DNA from: Acidimicrobiales bacterium
Lineage (GTDB): Bacteria; Actinomycetota; Acidimicrobiia; Acidimicrobiales; JAJPHD01
Assembly: GCA_039583695.1 (NCBI GenBank)
Contig: JAVKSL010000005.1
Location: 12,648-76,647, forward strand
Direction: 5' to 3'
DNA length: 64,000 bases
The notes below the pieces were generated by a model, which was given only the letters and a program-made list of their open reading frames with translations, was not told the DNA's origin and did no database searches. Below are positions 16,742 through 24,756 of this stretch, piece after piece. How positions within the stretch are numbered: position 1 is the first letter of the stretch; every line of letters starts with the position of its first letter. The translations under genes and the position numbers were made by a program.

Positions 16742-18348
16742 TAACCGCTCGGAGGAGACTGTCATTTGCTCGAACTGGGCTGAGGCGCTATGGTCGCAGA
16801 CAGGTCGGCCCGAGGGGCGGAGCAGGTTCCCGTTCGGGGAAGTGCGGGCCCCTGGGAGGTTCCTCGGGCCGAGCGTCTCTGGTCCTGTGCATCGGCCTGG
16901 GTAGCCTGTGCGCAGCGCTCGTCGGCACGCCAGCGGCCCCGCCCCGCGCAGCGCTCGCTGGCACGCCAGCGGCCCCACCCCCCGCCTCAGGCTCCCTGCC
17001 CTGCTCGGGGCCCACACCGGTGGGAGCGGCCAAGGGCGTGGAGATAGCCGATCCCAGCTGCGAGTACGACTATGTCACCAATACCTATGACGGCTCGTTC
17101 GCCCCGCTTCTCAGCTCGGCCGGCAAGGCCATCTCCACCACGTATGTAGGCGTTAGCGCGCAGGCCGCCTACCGCATCGAGGTCCCCAATGATTGGAACG
17201 GAAAGCTGGTGCTGTACGCGCACCCCTACCAGGGCCTTGGCAATGTGGTCTGGGTAAGCAGCCCGCAGCTGCGCTCCTGGTTCGTCGCCCACGGGTTCGC
17301 CTGGGCGGCCTCCAGCTTTGGAGCCAACGGATACAACGTGGGCCAGGGAGTCACCGACACCTTCGACCTCCTCAAGGTGTTCGCCGCCCGGACTCACCGT
17401 GCTCCCAAGTCGATCTACCTCGACGGCGAGTCGATGGGCGGCCAGGTGACGTCGGTGGCAGCCGAAGAACACAAAGGCATCTTTGCGGGGGTGATGGATG
17501 CCTGCGCGCCCATCGGCGCCAGCGCGCTGTCCGACTACTACCTCGGGGTGAACGCAACGGCCGCAGCCCTCACCAAGACCGGGATCAGCTTTCCGGCCCA
17601 GCCCTCGATCGCCTCAGCGCTCCAGTACGTGGCCAGCGTCACGACGCGGGTGCTGCCCAAGCTGGGAACCGGGTTTCTTGGCGCGGACGGACTCGATCTG
17701 AGCGCTGCGGGGAAGCGGTGGGAGACAGTGGTCAGCTACCTGAGCGGCGGTCCCCGCCCCGGTTTCACGGCCGCCTTGGCCTACTGGAACAGTGTCAGCT
17801 ACGGTCCGCTGGCTGGTATGCCCACCCTGTTCGCCCTTTATCCGGGTCTTGACGGAGGCACTTTCGGGTTCGCTCCGGGCAACGTGACGACCAACCTTGG
17901 GGTCGTGTACCACGCTGACAGCTCGTCGGTTGCCACGGCTGCCGATCGAGCGCTCAACGCGGAGGTGCTCCGCGTGAGGGCGACGACCCCGAGCGTGCCC
18001 GGTGTCCCAGCGGTTCATGGGGATCCCGGCATCCCAGTCCTCGTCTTGTATGGCATCGGGGACCTATTCGTCCCGCTGTCGACGGGCCAAGCCTACGCGC
18101 AGGCCATGGCGGCGCACGGAGAGTCCGGTCTTTTTGCCGCCCGGGCAATAAGAGATGTGAGGCACTGCCACTTCTCTACAGCGGAACTCTCCCAGGGGTT
18201 CTCCGCCCTGGTGAGCTGGGTCCTAACCGGAGTGCGGCCGGCGAGCGATGACATTACCAACCCGAAGGTCGTGGACAGTCCCACCTTCGGCTGTCACTTC
18301 ACCGATGGCGCACATCCGCTGTTCCAGGGTCCGCCTTGTCCGAAGTAG
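16732..18348 (+). CDS. Secreted alpha/beta-hydrolase-fold protein (start uncertain)
   Basis: Hydrophobic signal-like LVLCIGLGSLCAALVG, Pro/Ala linker, GESMGG nucleophile elbow. 538-aa track ORF. Confidence 0.65.
   Translation: MRLITARRRLSFARTGLRRYGRRQVGPRGGAGSRSGKCGPLGGSSGRASLVLCIGLGSLCAALVGTPAAPPRAALAGTPAAPPPASGSLPCSGPTPVGAAKGVEIADPSCEYDYVTNTYDGSFAPLLSSAGKAISTTYVGVSAQAAYRIEVPNDWNGKLVLYAHPYQGLGNVVWVSSPQLRSWFVAHGFAWAASSFGANGYNVGQGVTDTFDLLKVFAARTHRAPKSIYLDGESMGGQVTSVAAEEHKGIFAGVMDACAPIGASALSDYYLGVNATAAALTKTGISFPAQPSIASALQYVASVTTRVLPKLGTGFLGADGLDLSAAGKRWETVVSYLSGGPRPGFTAALAYWNSVSYGPLAGMPTLFALYPGLDGGTFGFAPGNVTTNLGVVYHADSSSVATAADRALNAEVLRVRATTPSVPGVPAVHGDPGIPVLVLYGIGDLFVPLSTGQAYAQAMAAHGESGLFAARAIRDVRHCHFSTAELSQGFSALVSWVLTGVRPASDDITNPKVVDSPTFGCHFTDGAHPLFQGPPCPK
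16910..16981. repeat. 36-bp in-frame tandem duplication (x2) encoding AALVGTPAAPPR / AALAGTPAAPPP
   Basis: Units 16910-16945 and 16946-16981 differ at about 3 positions. Confidence 0.85.
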
Positions 18349-18377
18349 CGTCTGGTGTTGTGAGCCGAGCCAAGCTG

Positions 18378-19169
18378 ATGATCCTCGGAGGAGGCAAGAT
18401 GGGTGAGGCCTTGGCGCGGGGCCTGCTCTGTGCTGGGTGGGGAAGGCCGGCAGACCTGGCGGTGGTCGAGCCCAGCGAGCAGCGCCTGGCAGAGCTGGCT
18501 GAGGCCCACCCGGGGCTCTGCCTGACCACGATCGCAGTGCCCGCCGATGGAGCGGTGCTGGCGGTCAAGCCCGGAGACGTCGAGTCAGCGTGTCGATCAC
18601 TTGACGGCATTGGCGTGCCCAGGTGCTTGTCCATCGCGGCTGGGGTCACCCTGGCGAGTCTCCAAGGCTGGCTGGGGCCGGACGTCGCGGTGCTGCGGGC
18701 GATGCCCAATACGCCTGCGCTGGTGGGAGCGGCTGCAACGGCGCTGTCGGCCGGTGAGGGCTCCAGCGAGGACGACGTTGCGTGGGCATCGGACATCCTG
18801 GGGGCGGTGGGCACGGTGGTCCAGCTCTCCGAGCGCAGCCTTGACGCGGTGACCGGCTTGTCTGGCTCGGGGCCGGCCTATTTGTTCCTGGTGGCCGAAG
18901 CGCTCATCGATGCCGGGATCCTGGCCGGGCTCACCCAGGAGGTGAGCGCTTCCCTGGTCGTCCAGACAATGCTGGGCGCTGGCAAGCTGCTGGCGGAGTC
19001 GGGCGAGCCTCCGGCGCGCCTGAGGGCCGCGGTGACCTCGCCTGGTGGGACAACGGCGGCCGGCCTGCGGGTTCTGGAGGCCGCAGCAACCAGAGCAGCC
19101 TTCATCGATGCGGTGGCGGCAGCAACCGCGCGCTCCGCCGAGCTGGGTCGGCCGGCGCCAAGCGCGTAG
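18378..19169 (+). CDS. proC: Pyrroline-5-carboxylate reductase
   Basis: MILGGGKMGEALARGLL ... AMPNTPALVGA ... SGSGPAYLFL. Alternative starts are GTG 18360 and TTG 18336. Confidence 0.88.
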   Translation: MILGGGKMGEALARGLLCAGWGRPADLAVVEPSEQRLAELAEAHPGLCLTTIAVPADGAVLAVKPGDVESACRSLDGIGVPRCLSIAAGVTLASLQGWLGPDVAVLRAMPNTPALVGAAATALSAGEGSSEDDVAWASDILGAVGTVVQLSERSLDAVTGLSGSGPAYLFLVAEALIDAGILAGLTQEVSASLVVQTMLGAGKLLAESGEPPARLRAAVTSPGGTTAAGLRVLEAAATRAAFIDAVAAATARSAELGRPAPSA

Positions 19170-19917
19170 CGCCCGCCTGGCGGGCTGGACCGGCGCGGGC
19201 TGGGTCGGCGGAGCGGTCCTCCTGGCGGGGGGACGCAACGACCACTTCGCTGACCAGGCAGTACGACTGCACGAAGGAATGATGACGGATCTCCCATCCA
19301 TCAGCAAGCAGTGGGACTATTGAGATTGGTCGGCAACCGCCAACCAGCGAGGGTTTCAATCGCCAGATGCCCGACCAGATATGGGACACCACCCGCTCGA
19401 TCCTGCCTATTCCGGGGGCCAGGGCGGTCAGGCACAACAACCCGTCGGGAGTGAGCATCCGGGCGGCCCCAGCCAGGACGGCCCTTGCCTGGTCTTGGGC
19501 CAGCAGGTCGAACACATAGGTCGAGATGAACCGGTCGACCGACCCGTCCGGCATCGCTACCGAGCCTTCCGGTCCCGCAAGCGAGCCTTCCGGTCCCGCA
19601 AGCGAGCCGTCCGGCGGCGACAGCACCACCTGGGTCCGCTCCGGCCACCGGGCCAGCTTCCTCCGGGCCAACTCGACCATCACTGGGCTGATGTCGACGC
19701 CGCGGTAGGCGGCAGATGGGCCAAGTCGTCGAAGCAGCTCTTCCGCCAGGCGGCCGGTCCCGCATCCGAGCTCGAAAATCGACATGGCCTCCTCGATCCG
19801 GGACTCGGCCAGCATCAGCATGACTGGCGGGTCCTCGTAGAAGGCCTGCCAGTCCTGGGTCCTCCCGATGCGGTCGTAGACCCCTCTCGCCTGGGTGGGA
19901 CTGAGGGGCCCGGACAC
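19102..19917 (-). CDS. Class I SAM-dependent methyltransferase
   Basis: IFELGCGTGRLAEELL motif I. I prefer the GTG at 19917 (VSGPLSPTQARGVYDRIG). The 3' end overlaps the proC 3' end by 68 nt, convergently. Confidence 0.7.
   Translation of the reverse strand: MSGPLSPTQARGVYDRIGRTQDWQAFYEDPPVMLMLAESRIEEAMSIFELGCGTGRLAEELLRRLGPSAAYRGVDISPVMVELARRKLARWPERTQVVLSPPDGSLAGPEGSLAGPEGSVAMPDGSVDRFISTYVFDLLAQDQARAVLAGAARMLTPDGLLCLTALAPGIGRIERVVSHIWSGIWRLKPSLVGGCRPISIVPLLADGWEIRHHSFVQSYCLVSEVVVASPRQEDRSADPARAGPARQAGATRLAPADPARRSARLLPPPHR
19540..19623. repeat. 21-bp in-frame tandem repeat (2 identical plus 2 diverged units) encoding (P[DE]GS[LV]AG)n
   Basis: cgagccttccggtcccgcaag at 19561-19581 and 19582-19602, with diverged flanking copies. 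Confidence 0.85.
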
Positions 19918-20066
19918 GGCTGACCAGCCTAGATCAGCGCAAACCGAGGTAATGATTGCACTTGTGCACCTTTTCGGTCGCCAACTGCAATCGCTTCGCC
20001 CCACGGCCGTCCCACGGCGAAACACTGGCCACACGGCTCACACTGGCCCCGATGGCGCCAGTGGCG

Positions 20067-20087
20067 TAGCATTCCTTCCGCGGAAGG
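20067..20087 (+). promoter_or_regulatory. Candidate -10 (TAGCAT) followed by the perfect 14-bp palindrome CCTTCCGCGGAAGG, 23 nt upstream of the HTH gene
   Basis: Read directly. TAGCAT at 20067-20072, palindrome at 20074-20087. Confidence 0.3.
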
Positions 20088-20110
20088 GAGTGATTCCACT
20101 GACAAGTCAA

Positions 20111-20296
20111 ATGCATAGCAGGGTCAGGTTCTTGACAGTTGCTGAGGTGGCCGACCAGCTCAGGGTGTCGAACATGACCGTTTACCGGCTCATCAACGCC
20201 GGCACGCTGCCCGCGGCCCGAGTTGGTCGGTCATACAGGCTGCGAGAGGAGGACGTCGACCGTTACCTGGCTGCCAGCTTCACCGAGGCTGGCTAG
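20111..20296 (+). CDS. Small excisionase-family HTH DNA-binding protein (same position as mycobacterial Rv0500A between proC and the hem genes)
   Basis: MHSRVRFLTVAEVADQLRVSNMTVYRLINAGTLPAARVGRSYRLREEDVDRYL. Confidence 0.75.
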   Translation: MHSRVRFLTVAEVADQLRVSNMTVYRLINAGTLPAARVGRSYRLREEDVDRYLAASFTEAG

Positions 20297-20979
20297 TGCC
20301 GATTCGCTCGAACACCTATCCGATCAACCTGATCCTCGAGGCCCGGCCCTGCCTGGTCGTGGGGGGTGGACCGGTAGCTGCCCGCAAGGTCCACGGCCTG
20401 CTGGCCTGCGGGGCGGTTGTCCATGTCGTGGCGGCTGAGGTTGGTGAGGGGGTCCGGGATGTGGCGAACACCTCGGGAGTGGGCACGGCGGGTGAGCAGC
20501 CACCGGCCAAATTCCGAAAGACGGCCACTCTCACCTGGGAGGAGCGGCCCTACCGGCCCGACGACATCGTCGGTCGCTGCCTGGTCATCGCCGCCACCGA
20601 CGACCAGGCCCTCAACCGGGCGGTCGCCGCGGATGCCGAGGCCGCGGGCGTCTGGGTGAACGTGGCGGACGACCCGCTGTTCTGCACCTTCACCCTACCG
20701 GCAATTCGCCGGGAGGGTGCGATCACGGTGGCTGTATCCACTGGGGGTCACAGCCCGGCACTGGCCGGCTGGCTCCGGGATCGCCTGTGCGAGGAGCTGG
20801 GTCCCCACCACGCCATCGCGGCCACCCTTCTGTCCGAGGCGCGAGAGGAGCTGGCCGCCGCGGGGCGCTCCACTGAGGGCCTCGACTGGCAAGGCGCCCT
20901 CGACTCGGGCATGTTTACTAGCATCAGAGCTGGCAAGATTGACCAGGCAAGGGAGCAGCTGAGGGCGTGTCTGTTGTAG
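20296..20979 (+). CDS. Precorrin-2 dehydrogenase / sirohydrochlorin ferrochelatase (siroheme synthase N-terminal-domain type)
   Basis: LEARPCLVVGGGPVAARKVHGLLACGAVVHVVA Rossmann motif. GTG overlaps the upstream TAG. Confidence 0.8.
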   Translation: MPIRSNTYPINLILEARPCLVVGGGPVAARKVHGLLACGAVVHVVAAEVGEGVRDVANTSGVGTAGEQPPAKFRKTATLTWEERPYRPDDIVGRCLVIAATDDQALNRAVAADAEAAGVWVNVADDPLFCTFTLPAIRREGAITVAVSTGGHSPALAGWLRDRLCEELGPHHAIAATLLSEAREELAAAGRSTEGLDWQGALDSGMFTSIRAGKIDQAREQLRACLL

Positions 20980-22226
20980 TCGTAGGCCTCAACCATCGCA
21001 CAGTGCCCCTCGGGGTGCTGGAGCGCATGACCATCAGCGAGGCCGCGCTGCCCAAGCTGCTCCGTGCCCTGCTCGACACCGGCAACCTCTCCGAGGTCGT
21101 GGTGCTATCCACGTGCGCCAGGACCGAGGTGTACGCGGTCATCGAGCGATTCCACGCTGGGCTGGCCGACGTGTACAGCTGCCTTGGCGATATCGGGGGG
21201 GCCACACCCGAGGAGCTGGCCGATGGGGTGTACTGCTATTACGAAGACGCGGCGGTGAGCCACCTGTTCGAGGTGGCGGCGGGCCTGGACTCTGCGGTTC
21301 TGGGGGAGGGCGAGGTGCTGGCCCAGGTCCGTCAGGCGTGGGAGCTGGCCCGCCACGAACGCACCGCCGGCCCGGTCATGTCCCAGCTGTTCCGCCACGC
21401 GGTGGAGGTCGGAAAGCGAGCCCGTTCCGAGACGGCCATCTCTAGGGGGATCACCTCGATCTCCCAGGCGGCGGTGGCTCTGGTGACCAAGCGCCTGGGT
21501 GGGTCCCTGGCGGGCCGGCGAGCGCTGGTGCTGGGGGCGGGGGAGATGGGCGAGGGAATGGCAGTGGCCCTCGGGGCGACCTCGGCCGAGGTCCTGGTGG
21601 CGAACAGGACCTGGGAGCGGGCGGGGGCGCTGGCCGAGCGGGTCGGAGGTCGGGCCGTCCCCATAGCGGAGCTTCCCACAGCGCTGGCGGACGTGGACGT
21701 GCTGCTGGCCTCGACCCGGGCGGAGGAGGTCATGCTGGGGGTGGCGGACCTGGCGCCGGTCATGGCCGGGCGCGACGGGCGGGAGCTGCTGGTCGTGGAC
21801 GTGGCGGTGCCCCGGGACGTGGACCCGAGCGTCGCGTCGCTGGCCGGGGTGACGCTGCTGGACATGGACGACTTGAGGGCGTTTGCCGAGGCGGGGATGG
21901 CCGAGCGGCGCCGCGAGGTCGTCCGGGTGGCGGACATCATCGCCGAGGAGGTTGCCCGCCACCTCGAGGCTCGGGCGGCGAGGGACGTCGCTCCGACTGT
22001 GTCGGCGTTGCGCGAGCGGGCCGAGGCGATCAGGGCCTCGGAGCTGGATCGCTACGGCTCCCGCCTGGCTGGCCTGTCCCCGAGCCAGGCCGCCACGGTG
22101 GAGGCGCTTACCCGCCAGCTCATGGGCAAGTGGCTGCACGAGCCCACGGTGGCACTCAAGGAGGCGGCGGGCTCGCCGAGGGGAGAGCGCCTGGGCGAGG
22201 CGCTGCGCACGCTGTTCGACCTCTAG
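20967..22226 (+). CDS. hemA: Glutamyl-tRNA reductase
   Basis: VVVVGLNHRTVPLGVLERM...LSTCARTEVY (catalytic Cys)...GAGEMGE. Confidence 0.93.
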   Translation: MSVVVVGLNHRTVPLGVLERMTISEAALPKLLRALLDTGNLSEVVVLSTCARTEVYAVIERFHAGLADVYSCLGDIGGATPEELADGVYCYYEDAAVSHLFEVAAGLDSAVLGEGEVLAQVRQAWELARHERTAGPVMSQLFRHAVEVGKRARSETAISRGITSISQAAVALVTKRLGGSLAGRRALVLGAGEMGEGMAVALGATSAEVLVANRTWERAGALAERVGGRAVPIAELPTALADVDVLLASTRAEEVMLGVADLAPVMAGRDGRELLVVDVAVPRDVDPSVASLAGVTLLDMDDLRAFAEAGMAERRREVVRVADIIAEEVARHLEARAARDVAPTVSALRERAEAIRASELDRYGSRLAGLSPSQAATVEALTRQLMGKWLHEPTVALKEAAGSPRGERLGEALRTLFDL

Positions 22227-23221
22227 TGTCGCCCGCCGGGGTGTCGGCACGGGGCGCACAAGGACAGGCCCGTCTGCGCATCGCCACCCGGGCCAGCCGG
22301 CTGGCCCGCTGGCAGGCTGCCCACGTGGCGGGACTGCTGGCAGGCCTGGGCATCGAGGCCGAGCTGGTGACGATCTTCACCACCGGGGACGATCGGACCG
22401 AGCTCCCCATCTCGGCGCTCGGGGGCGCCGGCGCATTCGTCAGGGAGGTCCAGCTCGCCGTCCTCGAGGGCCGGGCTGATCTGGCGGTGCACTCGGCGAA
22501 GGACCTGCCCTCCGCCACCACGAAGGACCTGCCCTCCGGCACCACGCCGGGGCTGGTCATCGCCGCCGTTCCGGCCAGGGCCGATCCCCGAGACGCCCTG
22601 GTCGGCGCCCGGCTGGCAGATCTCGCCCCCGGCGCGACGGTCGCCACCGGCTCCCCCCGCCGCCGGGCGCAACTGGCCGCTGCTCGTCCCGACCTGAGCT
22701 TCGCCGAGCTTCGGGGGAACATCGAGACCCGCCTCGATCGGATCCCTCCCGGCGGGGCAGTGGTGGTGGCAGTGGCGGCGCTGGATCGCCTCGGCCTGGC
22801 GAACCGGGTGGCCGAGGTGCTCGACCCCAGCGTGATGCTGCCCCAGGTCGGCCAAGGGGCCCTCGCGGTGGAGTGCCGGTCCGACGACAGCGGGCTGATC
22901 GAGGCCCTGGCCGGCATCGACGATGCCGGGGCACACCGTGCTGTTATGGCGGAGCGGGCATTCCTTGGCGAGATTGGGCCCGGTTGCGCCCTTCCCATCG
23001 GTGCCCACTCACCCGCCACCGTGGAGCCTCTGGCCACCTCCGATCCCTCGGCCCCCGCCGCGCCCATCCGTCTCGACACCCTCCTCGCCTCCTTCGACGG
23101 CAGGGTGGTCCTGCGCCACACGGGACTTGGTGTCGATCCGGTCGAGCTGGGCCGGCGCCTGGCAGCGGAGATGCTGGCCAGCGCGGCGGGCGGCCGGTTG
23201 TTGACAGACTACACGAAGTGA
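22226..23221 (+). CDS. hemC: Hydroxymethylbilane synthase (porphobilinogen deaminase)
   Basis: RLRIATRASRLARWQA...AVHSAKDLP...RGNIETRL. The GTG at 22226 overlaps the hemA TAG. Confidence 0.9.
   Translation: MSPAGVSARGAQGQARLRIATRASRLARWQAAHVAGLLAGLGIEAELVTIFTTGDDRTELPISALGGAGAFVREVQLAVLEGRADLAVHSAKDLPSATTKDLPSGTTPGLVIAAVPARADPRDALVGARLADLAPGATVATGSPRRRAQLAAARPDLSFAELRGNIETRLDRIPPGGAVVVAVAALDRLGLANRVAEVLDPSVMLPQVGQGALAVECRSDDSGLIEALAGIDDAGAHRAVMAERAFLGEIGPGCALPIGAHSPATVEPLATSDPSAPAAPIRLDTLLASFDGRVVLRHTGLGVDPVELGRRLAAEMLASAAGGRLLTDYTK
22499..22546. repeat. 24-bp in-frame tandem duplication inside hemC (KDLPSATT / KDLPSGTT)
   Basis: Units 22499-22522 and 22523-22546 differ at 1 nt. Confidence 0.9.
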
Positions 23222-24675
23222 CTGTCTACCTGGTGGGGGCCGGGCCGGGGGACCCCGGCCTGCTCACCCGGCGCGGGGCTGAGCTGTTGGGGCGGGCCGA
23301 GCTGGTGGTGCACGATCGCCTCGCCGCTCCGGGCCTGTTGGACCTGTGCCCGCCTGGCGCCGAGCGGGTGGATGTGGGCAAGCGCCCAGGGGGGCCGGCG
23401 GACCAGGACGGGATCAACGCGCTGCTCGTCGCGGCGGGCCGGGCCGGGCGGATGGTGGTCCGGCTCAAGGGCGGCGACCCATTCGTGTTCGGCCGGGGCG
23501 CCGAAGAGGCCCTCGCTCTCCAGGCCGCTGGCGTCGCCTACGAGGTCGTGCCAGGGGTCACCTCGGCAATAGCCGCGCCGGCCTACGCCGGGGTGCCCCT
23601 CACCCACCGGGGTGTATCGACGTCGTTCAGCGTGGTCACCGGCCACAGCCGAGCGGCCCTCGACGCGGACGTCAACTGGGAGGCGCTGGCCCAGGTCGGC
23701 GGGACCGTGGTGGTGCTGATGGGAGTGGCTCACCGAGCCGAGATCGCGGCAAGGCTGGTGGCCGGGGGCCGGGACCCGGCCACCCCCGTCGCGGCGGTGC
23801 GCTGGGGGACCCGGGCGGACCAGCGCGTCATGCGCACCACGCTGGGCGAGCTGGGCGCGCTGACCCTGGAGCCCCCGGTCACCCTGGTCATCGGGGAGGT
23901 GGCCGCGCTGGGGCTGGAGTGGTACGAGCGCAGCCGCCCGTTGCGTGGCCGGCGGGTGGTGGTCACCCGCAGCGCTGCCCAGGCCTGGGCGTTGTCGTCG
24001 CGCCTGGCCGAGGTCGGGGCCGAGGTGGTGGAGGTGGGTGTCATCGAGCTGGGCCCGCCAGCTGACGGGGGGGCAGCGCTGCGGGCAGCTGCCGGCCAGG
24101 TCGGGAGCTACGACTGGGTGGTGTTCACCTCCGCCAACGCGGTGGAGCGCTTCATGGTCTTGCTCCGCGATGCGCGCCAGCTCGGCTCGGCCCAGGTCGC
24201 CGCGATCGGTCCTGGGACTGCCGAGGCCCTTTTGTCGTGGCGGGTGGTCGCCGACCTGGTGGCGGTCAGGTCGCTGTCGGAGGGACTGGTGGAGGTGTTC
24301 CCACCGGCTCCACGTGGTGGTCGGGTGCTGATCCCCAGGGCTGCGGTGGCCAGGGAAGTGCTTCCCGAGGCGCTCAGAGCGATGGGGTGGTGCTGTGACA
24401 TCGTGGAGGCCTACGTGACCCGGCGCCCGAGGGTGGCGCCCGAGGTGGTGGCCCGGGCTTCGGGGGCCGACGCCATCACCTTCGCCTCCGCGTCGAGCGT
24501 GGAGGCCTGGTTGGAGCTGGGCGCCAAGACGCCTGGACTGGTTGCTTGCATCGGTCCGGTCACGGCCGCCGCTGCCGAGGCAGGAGGCCTGCGCGTGGGG
24601 GCGATAGCCAGCACTCCCACCATCGAAGGCCTGGTGGAGGCGACCATCCACCACCTGGGTGCACAGGGTTGGTAA
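23218..24675 (+). CDS. cobA-hemD: Fused uroporphyrinogen-III C-methyltransferase / uroporphyrinogen-III synthase
   Basis: VTVYLVGAGPGDPGLLTRRG...RLKGGDPFVFGRG (CobA), then a HemD-like C-terminal half. GTGA overlap with the hemC stop. Confidence 0.88.
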   Translation: MTVYLVGAGPGDPGLLTRRGAELLGRAELVVHDRLAAPGLLDLCPPGAERVDVGKRPGGPADQDGINALLVAAGRAGRMVVRLKGGDPFVFGRGAEEALALQAAGVAYEVVPGVTSAIAAPAYAGVPLTHRGVSTSFSVVTGHSRAALDADVNWEALAQVGGTVVVLMGVAHRAEIAARLVAGGRDPATPVAAVRWGTRADQRVMRTTLGELGALTLEPPVTLVIGEVAALGLEWYERSRPLRGRRVVVTRSAAQAWALSSRLAEVGAEVVEVGVIELGPPADGGAALRAAAGQVGSYDWVVFTSANAVERFMVLLRDARQLGSAQVAAIGPGTAEALLSWRVVADLVAVRSLSEGLVEVFPPAPRGGRVLIPRAAVAREVLPEALRAMGWCCDIVEAYVTRRPRVAPEVVARASGADAITFASASSVEAWLELGAKTPGLVACIGPVTAAAAEAGGLRVGAIASTPTIEGLVEATIHHLGAQGW

Positions 24676-24756
24676 GGTGGTGCCTACTCCCTCGTCCCGT
24701 ACCCGAACCCCCATCGGAGCAAGAGTGGCCAAGACGAGCAAGCCGGTGCCATCGGC

